Shown here: piece after piece, positions 60,201 through 64,000 of the stretch
How positions within the stretch are numbered: the stretch's first letter is position 1
How the letters are laid out: each line of letters opens with the position of its first letter
From: Cyanophora paradoxa CCMP329
Taxonomy: Eukaryota; Plantae; Glaucophyta
Length of the DNA: 64,000 nt
Direction: 5' to 3'
NCBI GenBank assembly: GCA_004431415.1
Contig: QPMI01000526.1
Coordinates: 62,001-126,000 of the forward strand
Notes under the pieces: model-generated
The model's database searches: none
The model's input: the letters and a program-made list of their open reading frames with translations, nothing else
Told to the model about the DNA's origin: nothing
Translations under genes and position numbers: made by a program

Positions 60201-61184
60201 GTTCATTTCGGTCCCGTCCGACGGTCGAGTGTCTGCGCTGCAGCTAATCGTGCACGGTGCGTAAACGTATCGCAGCTCGAGGCGGCCGACGACGGAGAGG
60301 TCGAGGTCTCGTCGCGACGCCGAATGGCCCGTGCCGCCGCCGCCGCCGGCGCCGGCGACACTGCAGCTGCCAGCGTGCTTTCCGATCGCGAGCGGCCACC
60401 CGCGATTGCGACGGCGGGCGGCGCGAGTGGCGGCGGCGCCGCTGCGGACGGCACCGCGCAGCGCGTGCCTCTCTCTGTGTCCCCGAACGACTACCTGCAG
60501 CACGGGTACGACGTCGACGTCGCTTCTCCGGCCAAGGACGCGGTTGCGAGCGAGCCGAGCTTGGCCAAAAGCAGGTCGCCCAAACAGCTGCAGCTCGGGC
60601 CGAGCTCGAGCCATGCAGCCGATCGACACACGTTTGCGCTGACCGTCGATCGCGCCCATGTGGAGCCTCGAGGACCGGACCGCGTCCGGTCCTTCACAGA
60701 GGGGATGAACTTCGGCCGCGGCCCGCCGCCGCCGCCGCCGCCTCTCACGGCCCTCCCTCGTTCGTTGTCGGCGGCCGACCGGCCCCACTCGACTGGCGCG
60801 CTCTCTGGCCGGCGCACCTCCGCACCCCTCATCGACATCGACCACTCCAGCCCCACGCCCCTAGGCCTCTCGCAGCCGCGCACGGAACGCGAGCTTGCGA
60901 TTGATGTCTGGGCCCACCGTCGTGCATCTCTCCCCTCTGCCGTTTCCCACACCAGCAAGGGTCTAGATCTGGAGCTGCCCCACACCCCCAGTTCGCCCCT
61001 GGCCAGGCACTCAGGGTCCCCTCGGGCCCCTGCCTCCCCTTTCCCCGGCGGACGCGGCGCTGACGAGGAGCCGCACAACCTTGTGGACCGGTCCGTCGTA
61101 TACGTCCTGGACCCGTCCTCTCCGAATGCGGGCGCTGGTGGTGATCATGAGGATCCGGGCCCCGTGAAGGTCGTAGAGATTTAG
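45289..61184 (+). CDS. Giant multi-exon surface receptor/adhesin: signal-like segment, 2 CUB, EGF, CDCGCG-DPDC module, long PMP-like beta-helix, Ig-like, Cys-rich stalk, ~7 TM, cytoplasmic tail
   Basis: CUB-like LVVGFTFLDLESPGDTVTVYD and CRWLV...VYDG...SGSRVLMVTY. EGF CMNGAPCVNGICTCPAGFAGTRC. Dozens of GGA[ILV]/FxxNxA repeats. CKTGFTGPLCTVCAPGY stalk. TM region with KIFMSYVQV, WP, YGFL, YYWE, RKL, RPY. TAG at 61182-61184. Start codon tentative. Confidence 0.88.
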
Positions 61185-61989
61185 TTATGTTTATATATAT
61201 AATTACCGTAGTACGATCTGGGCCCTTTCATTCGGTTTTGTTTTGGGGCTCAAGCTTCCCAGTCCGCCGCACAGTGCAGAATAGTTTGGCGGACAATTGC
61301 CGCAGTGCAAGCGGATGCCAGTAGATATAGTAGATATTATGTGATATGTACACTGTGACAGTGCACCTGTGTGTCGCATCTCCGTCTGGATCTGCAGACG
61401 TCTGCCCCTCATTAGTTTCTTTGTCACGTTATTCTTTTGCCGCCGCGCCAGCTGTCTGTCTGCCTGCCCAGCCCTTGCATAATTGCCGCTTTAGCTGCTC
61501 AAGCTTCCGTTAGTCTGCTATAGCTAGCTCAAGTATATATGTGGCGGATTCAGCTCCTTTACAGTCATAATCTATATTGCATATATACCGTAGTATACGT
61601 ACCTGTCAAGTCACATGCGCATTCTTTCTTTTTGTTTAATCGCCTAACGTAAAAGTATGGAAATTTCGACAGCTTGCTTGCTCTCCTCCAGGTGCAGAAC
61701 TCCGGAAGCTGTACAGATTTCTTTGTGCATTTATATTCCATACACATATAAGACTGGCCAGGGGCGGGGGCTCCCGGGCTCAGTTATTGAGAGGGGCTAA
61801 CTATATATAAATACAAATATTCGGGCTCAGTTATTGAAAGTCCGCCGGGCGAGGTCTTCTGAAGCCCACGACGCCTCTTTTTAGTGGACTCCGGGAGGTC
61901 CCGTACGCGTGAAAGGAGCAAGATTCTCTTTAATCCAGGCGGCTTGGGGGGATTCTTATAGCCGGGCCGCGGGGGCGCCTGGAGGCTCA

Positions 61990-62770
61990 TGACCATGATC
62001 ACTGGCGGGGGACTGGGCGGCTATTCAAGAGAAGAAGAGGGAGGTCCAGGACCCAGCTGCAGGCTATAGGGGGAAAGCAGCTGCAGGCTCGGCGGCTCTG
62101 GCCCGGCGACTGTGGGGGCGGGTACGGGGTCCTCGGAGATGGGACGAAGGGCGGCGCGTCGGGCCGCAGGCTAGGGCGGACCCGGAGCGCGCCACGTGGG
62201 CAGGGGGCGGCGGGAAGCCTAGGACGGCGGATGCCGGCGCCGTGGGGAAGAGAGGGGCGTCGGCAGGGTGGACCACGGGTACGGGTACGGCCGGGCTTGG
62301 AGGAGGAAGGGGCAGAACATGTACAGACGCAGCGGCGCCGGCCGCGGCTGGACGCTGCGGCAACGGCCGGTTGACGCAGTGCACGTGAGAGGGCGAGAAA
62401 GTTTGCCGCGAGGCCGCCGGGCGGACCTCGACGAACCTGCGGGTGCGTCGGCGGCCCCGGTCGCGAGGCGGGGGTACGTATACCCGGTGCCGCAGGCGGG
62501 CCCGCGCACTCTTCGGAGGGGCGGGGCGGATGGCCACGGCCTGTCCGCAGTCTGCCTCGCAACAAACCAACGGCGCCCGGCGGCGCGGCGTCCGGAGGCG
62601 CCGCCAACTCTTCCGCTCCAGCTGCAGGCGACGGTCCTGCATCCGAATCCGCTGTCGCATGTTCAATTCGAGGCCTAAGGAAGCCGCGGCAGGCGCGCGC
62701 CTCCGCCCCCGTCTTCTCCTTAAGCTTCTCCCGCGTCGCCGCCAGTGCGGCCGCCTCTTCTGCCTGTACA
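61990..62770 (-). CDS. Possible exons or relic of an unknown basic/Pro-rich gene
   Basis: Coding-like GC-rich stretch (LELNMRQRIRMQDRRLQLERKSW...VCCEADC) with candidate splice sites. No recognisable domain and no complete model. Confidence 0.25.
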
Positions 62771-63370
62771 AGTGCGAGCCGCCGCGCCACGTGCACGTGC
62801 ACCCTATATAATATCATAGTATATAGCTAGCTATAGGCCTAGGCCTGCGAAAATATTAATCCCGTCGGGCCGGCGCCGCGCGGGACGGAGCCCGGCCCGC
62901 GGATCGACTCCGGGACCGGGCCGGGGCGCACTCAGCGGCGATCGCGATATATCGATTGCGAGGGAGGCGGCGGCCTCGCGGGGCGAGTTTGCGGTCCGCC
63001 TCCCGCAGGCCCGGTCTCGAACTCCCGCTCGCGGACCGGACCGGAGGCCGGCGCCGCGTGCGAGCGGGATCTGCGCGGCGCCGGCGGAAGCCTCCAAGCT
63101 TCTCAGAGGCTCGCGGAAAGCCGGACGCAACAGCCACGTTGATCAAGCTCGAGCGCTGGGTCTCCGATCGCGAGGCTCCGCCACTGTATGTGATGATCAT
63201 GATCACTGGGTCTGCGCCACTACGTGTACGTCACTCGAGAACTCCAGCTACGAGCACGAGCTTTCCAAGTTCCCAACCACGGGAAGCTCGCCTCGCGAGC
63301 CTATTTTTACCAGATCGAGCGCATCTTGCAGGCGGAGACAGCTGCAGCTGCAGGCAAGATCGAGAAGCGC

Positions 63371-63556
63371 CAAAGGAAACTTTCCTCTGACCCAGAGGAA
63401 AGTTTCCTCTGGCCCTGAACATTGTACCCCCCTCCAGAGGAAAATTTCCTCTGATCGACCCAGAGGAAAATTTCCTCAGGCCCCGGGCACTGTACCCCCC
63501 TCCAGAGGACACTTTCCTCTAGCTGTCGCGGCCGGCCCACAGGACAATTTCCTCTG
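63371..63556. repeat. Array of six 19-bp palindromes CAGAGGAAANTTTCCTCTG
   Basis: Copies at 63371, 63393, 63435, 63461, 63503 and 63538. Spacers are 3, 23, 7, 23 and 16 bp, and the two 23-bp spacers are homologous. Confidence 0.92.
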
Positions 63557-64000
63557 CAGCTGGGCGATCCGGTTACGCTCTCTTACCGCAGTACTCGCAG
63601 CACTAGTTCGCGTGCGACGCTCTCCGCCTTCGGGAGTGCAGCTGGAGCATCGCATGCGCAGAAGCTCTAATTTTGGCCGCGTGAACGAACGTTCATGAAC
63701 GGCCTGCCGCAGTGCAGCAGCACAACAGTCGCTCGATCAATCCGCGTGGCGGCCCTCGGGACCGTCGATCGCGACTGCGCATGCGGGGCCGTTCGAATTC
63801 GCGGGGCCTCGCGGGGCCGCAGGGTCACTAACTTAGTAAGTGCCGCCAGTGCAGCCGCTGAGCGGCACTCCAGTTCGGCTCCTTCGGCCTTCGCCAAGCT
63901 TTCAGCTAACGCGGGGAGCGTCTCGGTGCGGCACAGTCCGCTTCTTCTCTCAACGCCCTCTTCTAGATCTTAAGCTTCTCATATTATTAAGCTTTTGTAG

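Noticed and set aside
63371-63556. CRISPR array
   Set aside because: Spacers are 3-23 bp and homologous to each other, there are no cas genes, and the context is eukaryotic.

Overview
GC-rich, intron-dense eukaryotic (protist/algal) nuclear DNA. The style is compatible with a glaucophyte-like genome, but the taxon cannot be fixed from sequence alone. Most six-frame ORFs are GC artefacts; the real genes have to be spliced by hand (short introns, GTGCG/GTCCG/GTTCG donors, frequent GC donors, CGCAG acceptors). Genes reconstructed: 3' end of a tandem PBZ-type zinc-finger protein; an atypical SDR with DxxxK in place of YxxxK; a small Cys-rich protein with a possible beta/gamma-crystallin-like fold; a 2x6-TM protein resembling a cyclase membrane anchor with no catalytic domain; a frameshifted F-box/LRR gene; a large protein with four exon-encoded copies of an unrecognised CxC..CxxCxxCxxxHCxC motif; a mitochondrial carrier; a helicase-associated (HA) repeat protein; and a ~16 kb CUB-EGF-beta-helix-7TM receptor-like gene. 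Mobile DNA: a non-autonomous hAT element with TIRs and an 8-bp TSD, partly duplicated in a 5.9-kb tandem duplication; an A-tailed retroelement family and a tRNA-Val-derived SINE sharing its 3' end; a Helitron-like element; and MITEs. The most distinctive signal is mutational: decayed copies differ from their intact paralogues by short fold-back (reverse-complement) insertions, which would explain the palindrome-saturated spacer DNA. CpG-free patches and two intron 'dialects' are also seen.
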